From: Bryobacterales bacterium
GTDB taxonomy: Bacteria; Acidobacteriota; Terriglobia; Bryobacterales; UBA6623
Direction: 5' to 3'
DNA: 64,000 nt
Assembly: GCA_965238125.1 (NCBI GenBank)
Contig: OZ250179.1
Span: forward strand, 5,237,271 to 5,301,270
Shown here: positions 19,667 to 30,487 of the stretch, piece after piece
Position numbering within the stretch: position 1 is the first letter of the stretch
How the letters are laid out: each line of letters opens with the position of its first letter
Notes under the pieces: model-generated
Told to the model about the DNA's origin: nothing
Databases searched by the model: none
Seen by the model: only the letters and a program-made list of their open reading frames with translations
Translations under genes and position numbers: made by a program

Positions 19667-19981
19667 CTAGTTGACCGGGTGACTGACTTGGTAGCGACCG
19701 TCGCGAAAACCGCTGAAGAACGATGACAACTCTTGGTGGCTGATGGGTTCCCGAGAGGAGTCCTCTTCCAAGTTTCGCTGCGCGACGTAGGTTCGACCGT
19801 CTCCACCATGCACCAATACGTGGTACCAAGGCTGATCTTTCGGCGGCTTGGATTTCGCTACATGCTCATACCATTCCCCTGAGCCGAGAAAAACCGGATC
19901 GACATCGACGATGACGCCTCGATAGTCGAACAAACGGTGATGCACGAGTTGCCCGATGGAGAATTTCGCTTGCGCGGCCAT
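19667..19981 (-). CDS. hspQ: Heat-shock protein HspQ / hemimethylated-DNA-binding YccV family
   Basis: ATG 19981. AKFSIGQLVHHRLFDYRGVIVDVDP...PWYHVLVHGGDGRTYVAQRNL resembles the E. coli HspQ core (FGIGQ.V.H.L.GY.GVVVDIDP...PWYHV). Confidence 0.75.
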   Translation of the reverse strand: MAAQAKFSIGQLVHHRLFDYRGVIVDVDPVFLGSGEWYEHVAKSKPPKDQPWYHVLVHGGDGRTYVAQRNLEEDSSREPISHQELSSFFSGFRDGRYQVSHPVN

Positions 19982-20242
19982 TGAAAATGCTCTGCCTCCC
20001 GAATGGAAAAGCGGATGCGGCCCATCCGCATATCGTCGACCTCGCCGGCTCGCCCGACCAATCCGACGATTCGCGGGTCGCCGACATCGGGAACCGCGAG
20101 GTCGGCCAGGGATTCGTTGACGTTTCGGGTCCACCCTACGGCGTTGTCCGGACCGATCGCCGACGGCGGGTCGGTCGTGTATCTATTTTAGAGAACAATG
20201 ACGTTTGGAACTAATCTTTCCCGGCCGGTCCGCTGCGGAGCC

Positions 20243-20312
20243 CGGTGCCTCGATCGAGTGTGGACAGCGTTTGGGCGGGATGCTGAAGTATTACTACCGC
20301 CAAGCCGCCTGA
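20243..20312 (+). pseudogene. Tiny C-terminal scrap of an rve-type transposase
   Basis: ...IECGQRLGGMLKYYYRQAA-stop; compare the end of the rve transposase at 47464 (GGLHHRYERRAA-stop). Confidence 0.3.
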
Positions 20313-20542
20313 GAGGCTCAAGGGAAAGCGAGCTCCTCAACTACCTCGACCTGCAGAAGAGTGTCGAGCCGCGCTCGGTCCGCACGCTGCGTGCGAGGTG
20401 GCGGGAGCTGGAAACGGAGCCACGGACCCGGCTAAACGGGCACGAAGGGGGAAACCTCGGATACAGCCAAGCGGGGTTCCTGACGGGCCACCGCGCCAGT
20501 TCCCGACCCTACCAAGCCATGTCACTTTCTTCTTGGCGGCTG

Positions 20543-21393
20543 CCGGCCGCGCCGGCCGCAAGCCGCTATTAGACGCCACGCAGCTCGAACGCCTGGAGAT
20601 CCTGCTGCTCGAAGGCCCCGAGGCGCACGGCTTCCCGACGCCGTTGTGGAGCTGTCCGCGGGTGGCTCGTCTGATCCGAGACGAGTTCGGCGTGCGCTAT
20701 CACGAGGGCCATGTCTGGAAGATCCTGCGGGCGCTCGGCTGGAGCCCGCAACGCCCGGTCGGCAAAGCCCGCGAGCGCAACGAAGAGGCCATCCGCGACT
20801 GGAAGTGCAAGAGGTGGCCGGCCATTAAAAAAAAGCCCGCAAACAAGACCGCACGATCGTCTTCATCGACGAAAGCGGATGGAGTCAGAAGCCGCATCGT
20901 TGCCGCACCTGGGCGCCGCGCGGCGAGACGCCGCTGCTGGAGTTCAACTTCAATTGGCAGAAGCTTTCGGTGTCGGCCGGGTTGACGTTGCGCAACTTTT
21001 ACTTTCGGCTCTATCCCGGCGCGATTGGCGAGTTGGAGGTCATCGACTTTCTGAAGGCCTTGGTTCGCCACATGGACGGCCCGTTGATGATCGTCTGGGA
21101 CCGCTTGCCGGCGCATCGCAGTCGGATGGTGCGAGAGTTCATTGAACTCTCGCAAGGCCATATCGTGACGGAGTAATTGCCGGCGTATGCGCCGGAGCTG
21201 AATCCGATGGAATACATCTGGGCGTACTGGAAACAGCACGAGTTGCCGAACGTCTGTCCGAAGGACTACTGGGAACTCGACGAACGTGCCCGCAAAACGC
21301 TGCGGCGCATGCGCCGCAAACCGCGCTTGATTACCGCTTTCTGGAAACAGTCTTCTCTTTGTCTCGATTGACAGGATATTATGCGAGACTCAA
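20543..21393 (+). mobile_element. IS630-family copy 2, 5'-truncated and decayed
   Basis: Homology to copies 1 and 4 starts inside orfA (AGRKPLLDATQLERLE...). In-frame TAA at 21174-21176 (HIVTE*LPAYAPELNP). Roughly 90% identity by eye. Right end ...GCGAGACTCAA + TA at 21394-21395. Confidence 0.8.
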
Positions 21394-21395
21394 TA

Positions 21396-21650
21396 GGCGA
21401 TCCTGTGGAGAACTTCCCGGCCACGAACGAGCGCGTGAATCTAGATGGAGAGCGTAACTATCTGATCCTTGAAGCGGAGGGGCGCGGCCACTACGTGGGC
21501 TGCAATCTTTCGGTCGACCATATCAATCCCATCCCGAACTTCGGCTGGTTTGGAGAGGGAGATGATTTCTTTTGGATTGATGCGGAGAAGGATCCTTCCA
21601 TGCGGGGAACCGGAACTGAGGATTATTTCTGCGCAGCATGGGGGCAGCTA
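21396..21650 (+). pseudogene. DUF2961 / GH172-like fragment
   Basis: YVGCNLSVDHINPIPNFGWFGEGDDFFWIDAEKDPSMRGTGTEDYFCAAWG; the N-terminus is cut by IS630 copy 2 and the C-terminus is lost. Confidence 0.55.
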
Positions 21651-21677
21651 ACGGCGAACGAGCGCATGCAGTCCTTT

Positions 21678-21742
21678 TCATGGGGGATTGGTCCTTCCTC
21701 GTTTCTTGCGGAATTCCCCGAACCGGTTCTGCACACTGGGAT
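21678..21742 (-). pseudogene. Degenerate kinase-TolB tail scrap
   Basis: The minus strand reads YPSVQNRFGEFRKKRGRTNPP-stop; compare [17 protein letters not shown]-stop. Confidence 0.35.
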
Positions 21743-21745
21743 AAA

Positions 21746-22852
21746 TCAGCGATTCCGGCCCAAGCGCTCGACGAAGACTTCGTAGCCTTCAGTGCCGATC
21801 ATTTTTGGGAACGGAAAAGCAATGAAACCTTCTGCGCCGTTTGAAAGAGCTTGCTGGTAGACCGTCCGCCAGGCTTGGCGGCTCAAGGCGTGGTCTTTGT
21901 CGAAGATCACGAACGGCCACACCTGGCGGCCGGTTTCGCGAACGAGATAAGCATTGACTTCACCGATCCAGCCGGCCGGCCGGCCGTTCAGCACGTGATA
22001 TGACATGGGGTTGAAAACATCCACGACTCTTGCCAGCGCCGGAAAGACCTGCCCGACGACACGGTAGATCGAGTTGTCGTAGTCGCCAGGTTGCCATGGG
22101 ACCGCCGCAAGAGAGATTAATGTCTCGGGCCGAATGCGGTCGCGCAGTCGCTTCACTTCGGCGCAGAACGAGGTGATCTGCTCGGCGCGCCAGCGATGCC
22201 AGCGGTCTTGATGGTTGGCCTTGATCCAGGCCGACGTTTGTGGAACGTCTGAGATCGTAGCGGGAATCGAGATCCCCGTGTCTCTCTGAAACTTCCTGAG
22301 ACAAACCGAGCAATAGCAGGTGTCGGGGATCCGCGGCTCGGGAACCTCCCAGTGAACCGGGTAGCGAATGAAATCGAGATTGATCACATCATAGTGTCCG
22401 CTTTCCAGCATTCCTTCTATCTCGCGGAGTTTCTTGCGCCGCAGCCAGGGTTGATTGGGACAGACTCCGGCATACCAGCGATCTTGGAAGAGCGGCTGCC
22501 CGTCGGCCATGATCGGGCGTGACGCGGGGTGCGACCGCCAATGTTCCTCGCCTTGAAACAGAACGACCAACCCGAACGTCTTGATTCCGGCCTGACGAAG
22601 GGCTTTAGGGATTGCGCCGTCCTTGAATCGGCCCCCGGCAAGCGTGGCGCCCATTGAACGCAGGTGCGCGGCCTGCTCCTCGGGGCTCTTTCCAACGAGC
22701 GGACCGGAGGGAGGGTAGGTCGGATAAAGGCCGGTAACGGGCTGGGCATGTGCGCCTGCGAAAAGGAGCAGGGTGATCGGAACGACGATCAAGAAGGGGA
22801 GGTTGGGTTGCTGATTTCTTCGTAGCCGAACTGGTCTGAAGCGAGTCAACAT
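21746..22852 (-). CDS. Secreted hypothetical protein, glycoside-hydrolase-like TIM barrel (tentative)
   Basis: ORF 21746-22942; ATG 22852 gives the signal peptide MLTRFRPVRLRRNQQPNLPFLIVVPITLLLFAGAHA. DVINLDFIRYP and NPMSYH resemble GHL10/DUF4015-type proteins. Recognition is weak. Confidence 0.5.
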   Translation of the reverse strand: MLTRFRPVRLRRNQQPNLPFLIVVPITLLLFAGAHAQPVTGLYPTYPPSGPLVGKSPEEQAAHLRSMGATLAGGRFKDGAIPKALRQAGIKTFGLVVLFQGEEHWRSHPASRPIMADGQPLFQDRWYAGVCPNQPWLRRKKLREIEGMLESGHYDVINLDFIRYPVHWEVPEPRIPDTCYCSVCLRKFQRDTGISIPATISDVPQTSAWIKANHQDRWHRWRAEQITSFCAEVKRLRDRIRPETLISLAAVPWQPGDYDNSIYRVVGQVFPALARVVDVFNPMSYHVLNGRPAGWIGEVNAYLVRETGRQVWPFVIFDKDHALSRQAWRTVYQQALSNGAEGFIAFPFPKMIGTEGYEVFVERLGRNR

Positions 22853-22967
22853 GCTGCTTGCTGAAAGATGCCCGCAGGCACCAGGATTCCGTGCCGCTTT
22901 CCCAGATGTTACACAAGCGGAGCGAGTGGGAGTGCGCGACATTGCCGCTACGCTATGGCTGTAGCGG

Positions 22968-24250
22968 TCACAGCCTTTCTACCGGAATCGACGCAGAACC
23001 GTAAATCTTGCCCGCCTTGACGGTGGCGACGGGCCGGAGCTTGCGGTGGCCGACTCGCTTCTGTCCCATCGCGTCGAAGAAATCGAAATCGCCCTCTTCG
23101 AGCGCGAAAACGGCGACGTCCGCCTCGGCGCCTTCGCTGAGTGTTCCCAGATCGTTGAGGTGTCCGAAGACTCGGGACGGATTCTTGGTCACGCGCTCGA
23201 TGGTCTGCTCAAGGGTGAGCCCAAGGTGCAGGAACTTCGAAACCGTTGTGGCCAGGTCGAACACCGGTCCGTTGACGTTGAACTGGTGGACGTCGCTCGA
23301 AATCGTTCCCGGCAAGAGGTCCTGGGCCAGCGCCCTTTTCGCCGTTTCGAATGCGAAGCTGCCGGCACCGTGGCCGATATCGAGATGAACCCCGCGAGCG
23401 ACCGTCTTGTGCACCTCCGGCAACACACGGCCCCGGTCGTCGAGAATGCCGCCCTCGCCGCCGCGAAAGCTGTGCGTGATGACGTCTCCGGGCTTGGTCA
23501 TGGCAAGGATGTCCTTCAACGGCGACGCCGAACCACCGATGTGAACCATGAGCGGCAACTTGACAGCGTCGGCGGCCTCCCGGGCTAGCGCCAGTGCTTT
23601 CAGGTCGTGGTCGCCGGCGATGTTGCGCGTCAGGCGCACCTTGACGCCCAGGATCACGTCGCGGTGGCGTTCGATGGTCTTCGCCGCCAGCTTGGGATTG
23701 GCGTAGCGCAGATCTAAAAGCTCGCCCCAGGGATTGTCTTGCGACAGAGTCGACTGCCCGACAACGGAAATGTTGAGCAACGCGAAGACCCGCGTATCCG
23801 CGACGTTGATGACGTACTTGCGCAATCCCGGAAATGTGTGGGCGCGCCCGCTGAGCCGGCATCGACTACCGTTGTGACACCTTTCGCAACACAGTTGGGG
23901 TCGGCCGGGATCCCCAGCGGCGCGACTCCGTCGTAGACGTGAACGTGAATGTCAATCCAACCTGGGGTCACGATCCTTCCCCGGGCGTCGAGCACGTGTA
24001 ATGCCTCCGACGGCGGAATGTTTTCGGCCACCCTCGAAACCCGGCGCCCGGTAATGGCGACATCGCGCGGCGCGGAGAGATCTTGCGCGGGGTCGACGAC
24101 CCGACCGCCTTTCACCAACAGGTCGTAGCGGTGCGTCGTTGGGTTTTGCGCCCGCAACGGCACCGCGGACCCGGCGAACCACCGACATACCAGCGACGAG
24201 CCTGCCAGCGAGCGGCTGAGAAAGCTACGGCGTGTGCTTTGATCGGGCAT
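22968..24250 (-). pseudogene. Amidohydrolase-family metallohydrolase (dihydroorotase/deacylase-like) with a frameshift
   Basis: Two ORFs (23714-24250, 22968-23825). Tat-like RRSFLSRSLAGSS, GWIDIHVHVY (HxH metal site), then DAGSAGA|HTFPGLRKYVINV... restored by removing one base in run 23840-23842. Later HIGG, DIGHG and SSDVH. Confidence 0.75.
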
Positions 24251-24645
24251 TATTCTTCCGGCGCAGGCCCGGCCGGCTTCCAGGGTGTTTCTTGACCGAA
24301 CCAGTGCTCTAGGTCCGTATATTCGATATACTCGACGACCGCGCCATCCTTGTGGACAAACACGACAATGCCAAACTCGCCCGGCTGAAAAGGCCCGAAG
24401 ATCACCTCCTCACCTTCCATCGCTTGCTCTAGATCGTCCACGCGAAAGGCAATGTGCGGCAGGTGCCAGAGCTTCCACAGACCCAGGTCCCGCGGGTCAA
24501 CCTCCGGCATCTCGGCCGGGCGTATGTACTCGATACTTTGCGGGTGAAGTCGTGGGTTGGTCACCCACACCTTGCTGAACTCGACCCAACTCTCTCCTGC
24601 CTGTGGCTCGGACGTGACGATCCCGATGTGATCGAACTCCTTCAT
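24250..24645 (-). CDS. VOC (glyoxalase/bleomycin-resistance fold) family protein
   Basis: ATG 24645 (MKEFDHIGIVTSEPQAGE...HIAFRVDDLEQAMEG). Its stop overlaps the start of the downstream amidohydrolase (TAATG). Confidence 0.65.
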   Translation of the reverse strand: MKEFDHIGIVTSEPQAGESWVEFSKVWVTNPRLHPQSIEYIRPAEMPEVDPRDLGLWKLWHLPHIAFRVDDLEQAMEGEEVIFGPFQPGEFGIVVFVHKDGAVVEYIEYTDLEHWFGQETPWKPAGPAPEE

Positions 24646-24667
24646 TGCTAGGGCTCCGTTATCGCAT

Positions 24668-25600
24668 TTACCCGGTCTCGGGGAAGAAGGTGGGCAAGTT
24701 GACGCCCGCAAATGGCTGGAACTCGCCACGAACCTGGCAGAAGTGAAGCTCCACGTTCCTCGCGCCCCACTCGTACATTTGTCTCACAAGCCCCATTTTC
24801 TCCATGGGTACCAGTGTGACCGGCGATCGCCCGCGGTATTGATCGAGTTCCCTGTAAATCAAAGCCGCTGCCTGCGCTTCCGTGCGGGCAACGCCGGGGC
24901 CAAGCATGTTGAAGGCTGGATGGCCCGAAGAGATCAGGAAACCCTCGATCTTGCCTGGCGAGACTTCGTAGACCGAGACGTGCCAGAATCCCTGTCCGTT
25001 CTTGATGCAGAAACGGTAGTCGGTCTCGCGGCTGATGCCGCTGACCGACAGCTCCAGGTCGACCAGGGCAGACACATCGTCGGGCGTCGCGTCCCGGACG
25101 TGTTCCAAGCCTGGGAGGCCCGTGCGCAGGCCGCCTTCCGGGACCTGAAGCATCATGTCCTGATAAGCGTAGCGCGGCACAAACCCGGCGCTGTTGTAGA
25201 GCGAAAAGGAATCGAGATTCAAGGCGCTTTGCGTTAGCCGAAGAGCCTTATAGCCGTGGCGGTTCGTGTAGTCGATGATGTAGTCGAGCAGCGCCCAGGC
25301 AACGCCGCGGCCAAAGTAGTTCGGGTGCACGTTCATGATCCCGAGCGAGACGTGTTGCGGCCTTGGATGGTAAAAACACGATCCCATCAACCGACCCGTA
25401 CGCGGATTCTCCACTACCACACAGCATCCTGGTTCGAGCGCATCGTAGACCTCGCAGAACACTTCGGTTGTCTCCGGCCCACCCGAGAAGATCTGTGGCA
25501 TCCCCCTAAGTTGGTACCAGGCATTGGTGGACGAATAGATTAGCTCCGCAATCTCGGCACGGTCCTCAGGTGTCGCGGTGCGCAGCGGAATCGACTTCAT
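24668..25600 (-). CDS. GNAT-family N-acetyltransferase (two-domain)
   Basis: 310-aa ORF. VSLGIMNVHPNYFGRGVAWALLDYIIDYTNRHGYKALRL matches the acetyl-CoA-binding motif A (R/Q-x-x-G-x-G/A). Confidence 0.7.
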   Translation of the reverse strand: MKSIPLRTATPEDRAEIAELIYSSTNAWYQLRGMPQIFSGGPETTEVFCEVYDALEPGCCVVVENPRTGRLMGSCFYHPRPQHVSLGIMNVHPNYFGRGVAWALLDYIIDYTNRHGYKALRLTQSALNLDSFSLYNSAGFVPRYAYQDMMLQVPEGGLRTGLPGLEHVRDATPDDVSALVDLELSVSGISRETDYRFCIKNGQGFWHVSVYEVSPGKIEGFLISSGHPAFNMLGPGVARTEAQAAALIYRELDQYRGRSPVTLVPMEKMGLVRQMYEWGARNVELHFCQVRGEFQPFAGVNLPTFFPETG

Positions 25601-25840
25601 AGAGAGACCTCCTGGATCCAGACGTGGACTATTCTACTAACCTTCACGTCGAAAGAACCGGAGGACGCCAAGCAACCGGCTCGGCTGACCAAAGAGTATG
25701 GGCCGGGCTACACTATTGCATCGTTGTGAAGCTCGGCGTGGACCTGGTGTCCAAGAACTCAAGCCCCCGCACAAGCACCAGCAGGGGCGGCGCGTTCGGC
25801 GGTTTGTTGGATCTGTCTTGATAGCGGGAAAGGGGGTTAT

Positions 25841-26766
25841 GTGAAACGCATCAAGTTCGGGGTCATCGGCCTCGGTTGGTTTGGTGAGAAGCATTGCGAG
25901 ACGCTTTTCGATCTGCCCCAGGTAGAATTGTTCGCCCTGTGCACACGGCGGCAGGAACGTCTCAAGGAGTTGGCCGACCGGTTCCAAGTGTCACGGGTAT
26001 ATACCGACTACAACGAATTGCTCGCCGACTCGGCTTTGGAAGCGGTCTCGGTCGTCACCATGTGGGACCAGCACGTGGGTCCCACCCTGGCAGCACTGGA
26101 GGCCGGCAAACACGTTTTTTTAGAAAAGCCAATGGCTTCTACTCTGGTTGACTGTGAAGCCATCGTGCGAGCTGCCAATGCCTCCTCCAAGGCTTTCATG
26201 GTGGGCCACATTTGCCGCTTCAATCCTCGCCACGCCGCAGCCAAGGCCGAAATCGACTCCGGAGCTATCGGCAAGATTGTCTCCATGTACGCCCGCCGCA
26301 ACATTCCCGCTTCGGTCAGTGAGGGCGTGCTCGACAAGATGGGCCCGATCATCGGTGACGCCGTGCACGACACGGATTTGATGCTGTGGTTCAGTGGAGG
26401 CACAATCCAGACTGCCTACGCGCAGACGCTATCTGTACGAGGCCTGAGACATCCTGACCTCGGCTGGACCATGTACCGTTTTGAGGACGGCGCCATCGGG
26501 GTGTGCGAAAACGTCTGGTTTCTGCCGCGGAATACTCCTTTCCAGATCGACGAGCGCATTGAGGTCATTGGGACCGAGGGATCACTTCACATCCACGAAA
26601 CGCATCCCAACTTCTCCGTGTGCGACCGGGACGGCTGGCGTTCTCCTGACACGACCTACTGGCCGCTCTTGCACGGAGTCCGCTCGGGGGCTCTACGCGA
26701 GGAACTTGCGTACTTCGCAAACTGCCTGCTTGCGAGTAACAAGCCCGAGATCGTCACGCCTGAAGG
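25841..26766 (+). pseudogene. Gfo/Idh/MocA oxidoreductase, 3'-truncated by an IS630 fragment
   Basis: GTG 25841 preceded by AAGGGGG. IKFGVIGLGWFGEKH (Rossmann), VFLEKPMA. Family similarity stops at ...NKPEIVTPEG where IS630 antisense sequence begins; the 502-aa ORF in the track is a read-through chimera. Confidence 0.8.
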
Positions 26767-27326
26767 ACGATCGTACGTTCTTCTTTGCGGGCTTTTTTTT
26801 AATGGCCGGCCAAGTCTTGCGCTGCCAGCCGCGGATGGCCTCTTCGTTGCGCTCCCGCGCTTTGCCGACGGGCCGTTGCGGGCTCCAACCGAGCGCCCGC
26901 AGGATCTTCCAGACATGGCCCTCGTGATAGCGCACGCCGAACTCGTCTCCGATCAGACGAGCGACCCGCGGACAGCTCCACAGCGGCGTCGGGAAGCCGT
27001 GCGCCTCGGGGCCTTCCAGCAGCAACGCCTCGAGGCGTTCGAGCTGCGCGGCGTCCAACAGCGGCTTACGGCCGGCGCGGCCGGCCTGGCGCAACCCGGC
27101 TTCGCCGTCACGCCGGTATCGTCGCAGCCACTCGCTGACGCTTTGCCGCGCGACCTTCAATCGCCTCGCTGTCTCGGACTGACTACAGCCTTGCTCGACC
27201 AACCGGATCGCTTTGAAACGGCGCTTCTCCAGGGCCTCGAAATCCCGCCGTACGCCTTTTGTATTTCCCATACATACAAAGACGTACGTACCCCAAAAAA
27301 GTGTCACTTTATTTTGCGAGACTCAA
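26767..27326 (-). mobile_element. IS630-family copy 3: 5' half only
   Basis: Near-identical to the orfA half of copies 1 and 4, from the right IR (TA at 27327-27328) to about 25 nt beyond the slippery run (26793-26800). The DDE half is deleted. Confidence 0.85.
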
Positions 27327-27328
27327 TA

Positions 27329-28601
27329 GGTGAGGCTTCACGCGTTTGACTTCGTAGCTCGTTCCCTCTTCCTTGATGTCGTACCAATAGGTGCCGAGGA
27401 AACCGTGAGTGGACAACTCGTTGACCAGAAACCGCCCTTGGGCCTCTTTCGGAAAGTGACGATTGCGAATGATCTCCATACCCGCGGAGGGGGCGGTACC
27501 TTCCGGGGCGAAGGAAAGCGGAGGATTCCCCCATCGACGAGGCTTCCTCTTGGGATAGACGAAATTGGCGGTCAAGATCGGACGGCTATAGTAGTTCCCG
27601 CCGGAGGCGTCTAGCAGCAGCCATTGTCCCCATTGATCAAACACCTGTCCCCATGGATTCGCGAATCCATGCGAAATCAAAACGTCGAATCGCTGCGATC
27701 CAGGCCCGTAGCGGAAAACACCGGAGTTATATAACCGTCGGGGGCCGTAGGGCGTTTCTACCTGCGTATGGAAGAAGGTGCCTTCCATGAAATAAAGCCC
27801 GCCGCCGGGTCCCCATCGGTAGTTGTTGATGGAGTGCTCGACATCCTCGGATCCGAAGCCATGCAAGACCATGCGGACCTCGTCCGCATGGTTGTCCCCA
27901 TCCGTATCCTTGGCATGGATGATATGCGGAACCTGGGAAATGTAGGCGCCTCCATCACCCAGGGCAAAACCATGAATCATGTTGAGCTTGTCTATAAAGA
28001 CCGTATGCTTGTCCGCCACGCCGTTCTGATCGGTGTCTTCGAGAATAACGATCGAGTCCGAGGGCTGCTCCCCCGGAATCGGCTGTGGCCAGGTGGGTGT
28101 GTTGGCGACCCACAGGCGGCCCTCGGCATCGAAATTCATCGCCATTGGGTTCCCAATCGGAAAATCTTCTTCCGAGGCGAAGAGGTTGATTGCGTAGCCC
28201 TTGGGTAGCCGGAATGCCCTGCGGGATTCCCGCGGGCTCAAAACCTTGACACCTTGATATTCATCGGGTCCTTTGGGCCTTGGCGCAGTGGCCTTGTATT
28301 GGGGCGTCGGGTGCCAAACCGGATTCCCCTGTGGAACCTGTTGCCAGACCTGTTCGGGGCTGGGCTTGGCCATCTGCCGGATCTTCTGATCATAAGCTTC
28401 AATGATCTGATCGTACTCAGCCATCTCTTCCGGCAAGTTCTCCGCCCCTTCCATCTTGTTACGCTCGCCATGAATGTACTCAGCGTTGGGCCCGCGCCAG
28501 CGTATGAAAAAGTAGTAGTTCTTTTCGTAAATGATCCGGCGAAGCGCCTCGGCAGTAGCGCTTCCGGCAGCATCCGGTGATGCAGTGTCACTCACCAGAC
28601 C
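27329..28601 (-). pseudogene. Large PVC-type protein, middle segment (membrane-bound-dehydrogenase/beta-propeller domain)
   Basis: FRLPKGYAINLFASEEDFPIGNPMAMNFDAEGRLWVANT...ILEDTDQNGVADKHTVF...DTDGDNHADE...WGPGGGLYF resembles TIGR02604-type domains. Bounded by IS630 copy 4 (5' side) and the IS630 fragment (3' side); the C-terminal remainder is absent. Confidence 0.75.
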
Positions 28602-28603
28602 TA

Positions 28604-29696
28604 CTGAGTCTCGCATAATATACTGTCAATCGAGACAAAGAGAAGACTGTTTCCAGAAAGCGGTAATCAAGCGCGGTTTGCGGCGCATTCGCCGCAGCGC
28701 TTTGCGGGCGCGCTCGTCGAGTTCCCAGTAGTCCTTCGGGCAGACGTTGGGCAACTCGTGCTGCTTCCAGTACGCCCAAATGTATTCCACCGGGTTCAAC
28801 TCCGGCGCATAGGGCGGCAAGTACTCCGTTGCGATGTGATCCTCGGAGAGCTGGATGAACTCCCGCACCAGGCGGCTGCGGTGCGCCGGCAGCCGGTCCC
28901 AGACGATCAGCAGTGGGCCGTCGATGTGGCGCACCAAAGCCTTCAGGAAGTCGATGACCTCCAGCTCGCCGATCGCGCCGGGATAGAGCCGGAAGTAAAA
29001 GTTGCGCAACGTCAGCCCGGCCGACACCGACAGCTTGTCCCAGTTGAAGTTGAACTCCAACACCGGTGTCTCGCCGCGCGGCGCCCAGGTGCGGCAACGA
29101 TGCGGCTTCTGACTCAATCCGCTTTCGTCGATGAAGACGATCGTACGTTCTTCTTTGCGGGCTTTTTTTTAATGGCCGGCCAAGTCTTGCGCTGCCAGCC
29201 GCGGATGGCCTCTTCGTTGCGCTCCCGCGCTTTGCCGACGGGCCGTTGCGGGCTCCAACCGAGCGCCCGCAGGATCTTCCAGACATGGCCCTCGTGATAG
29301 CGCACGCCGAACTCGTCTCCGATCAGACGAGCGACCCGCGGACAGCTCCACAGCGGCGTCGGGAAGCCGTGCGCCTCGGGGCCTTCCAGCAGCAACGCCT
29401 CGAGGCGTTCGAGCTGCGCGGCGTCCAGCAGCGGCTTACGGCCGGCGCGGCCAGCCTGGCGCAACCCGGCTTCGCCGTCACGCCGGTATCGTCGCAGCCA
29501 CTCGCTGACGCTTTGCCGCGCGACCTTCAATCGCCTCGCTGTCTCGGACTGACTACAGCCTTGCTCGACCAACCGGATCGCTTTGAAACGGCGCTTCTCC
29601 AGGGCCTCGAAATCCCGCCGTACGCCTTTTGTATTTCCCATACATACAAAGACGTACGTACCCCAAAAAGATGTCACTTTATTTTGCGAGACTCAA
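28604..29696 (-). mobile_element. IS630-family copy 4 (1093 bp, intact)
   Basis: Same IRs as copy 1. TA at 28602-28603 and 29697-29698. Inserted inside an ORF that is restored in frame when the IS plus one TA is removed. Confidence 0.9.
28626..29641 (-). CDS. IS630 transposase (orfA/orfB, -1 frameshift at 29163-29170)
   Basis: ATG 29641, A AAA AAG slippery site, orfB ends ...AFWKQSSLCLD-stop at 28626. Confidence 0.85.
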
Positions 29697-29698
29697 TA

Positions 29699-30440
29699 AG
29701 GACCGGGCCATGATCCGGCAGACCATCGAGTAGCCGTATTCGGTGAGGTGAATCCCGTTAAAGGTCAGATTGTGAGCGGAGCGGGAATCGATCAACTCCC
29801 GCGTGGGCGCGAACAGATCGACAAAGAGCAGCTCGTGCCGCCGGGCAGCCTCGGCCATTGCCCCGGTGTAAAGCTCGAGATACTCGTTGTGCTCAGCGGG
29901 ATCGGGGAGATTCCCCCCAAGGTTTTCGTGGGCGATGGGTGAGACGAGCACGATCCGCGGGGCGGACCGCCCGTTATACTGATGCGCTCGAAGGTCCTGG
30001 ATAAACGCGGCGAGATGCTGTTGAAACCGTCCTAGACCCTCCGGACCCTTGAACGACTCGTTCATGCCGAAACAGGCAAAAATCACATCGGCTCGCCGCT
30101 CGGCCAAGTACTTGTGAAGATCACCAAAGCCCTTTGGGCGCGGCATCAGTGTCAGCTCGTCCGCGGACCATCCCATGTTCCGAACCTGTAACTGGTGATC
30201 CGGAAATCTAGCGTGCAGGAACGTTTCGAAGTAGCCGAAGAGATGCATACGTTCGGCGAACGTGTTGCCGATGAACACAATGCTTTCATGCTTGCCAAGC
30301 TTCAACGGCCCGGCTGACGCGTCGCGCATCCACGAACAGGTCAGCGTTAACGCGCCCAGCAGGAGGGTTACCAGGAAGACCACTGTGGGGGCTGCCAACA
30401 GAGAAGTCGGCGTACTAGTCGATTTTAGACGGAAGTTCAT
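29699..30440 (-). pseudogene. Same large PVC-type protein, N-terminal segment (signal/TM + SGNH/GDSL hydrolase domain)
   Basis: MNFRLKSTS...VVFLVTLLLGAL (TM), IVFIGNTFAE, ADVIFACFGMNES, RIVLVSPIAHE. The frame continues as ...IMARSL|GLVSDTASPD... across the IS630 insertion. Confidence 0.75.
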
Positions 30441-30487
30441 TTGGGCAGGCTTTCCACGGCTTCAGCACCGATCCCGCTAGGAATAGG

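Noticed and set aside
20198-20572. A 124-aa ORF upstream of IS630 copy 2.
   Set aside because: No recognisable motifs were found. It overlaps a transposase C-terminal scrap in another frame and runs into the IS remnant.
25841-27349. A 502-aa ORF that looks like a large oxidoreductase.
   Set aside because: Only the first ~308 codons are Gfo/Idh/MocA-like. The remainder is the stop-free antisense strand of an IS630 fragment.
27309-28616. Track ORF 27309-28616 as a complete 435-aa gene.
   Set aside because: Its first codons (MRDSV) and last codons (LLSLAK) are IS630 terminal sequence. It is an internal segment of the interrupted SGNH + dehydrogenase-domain gene.
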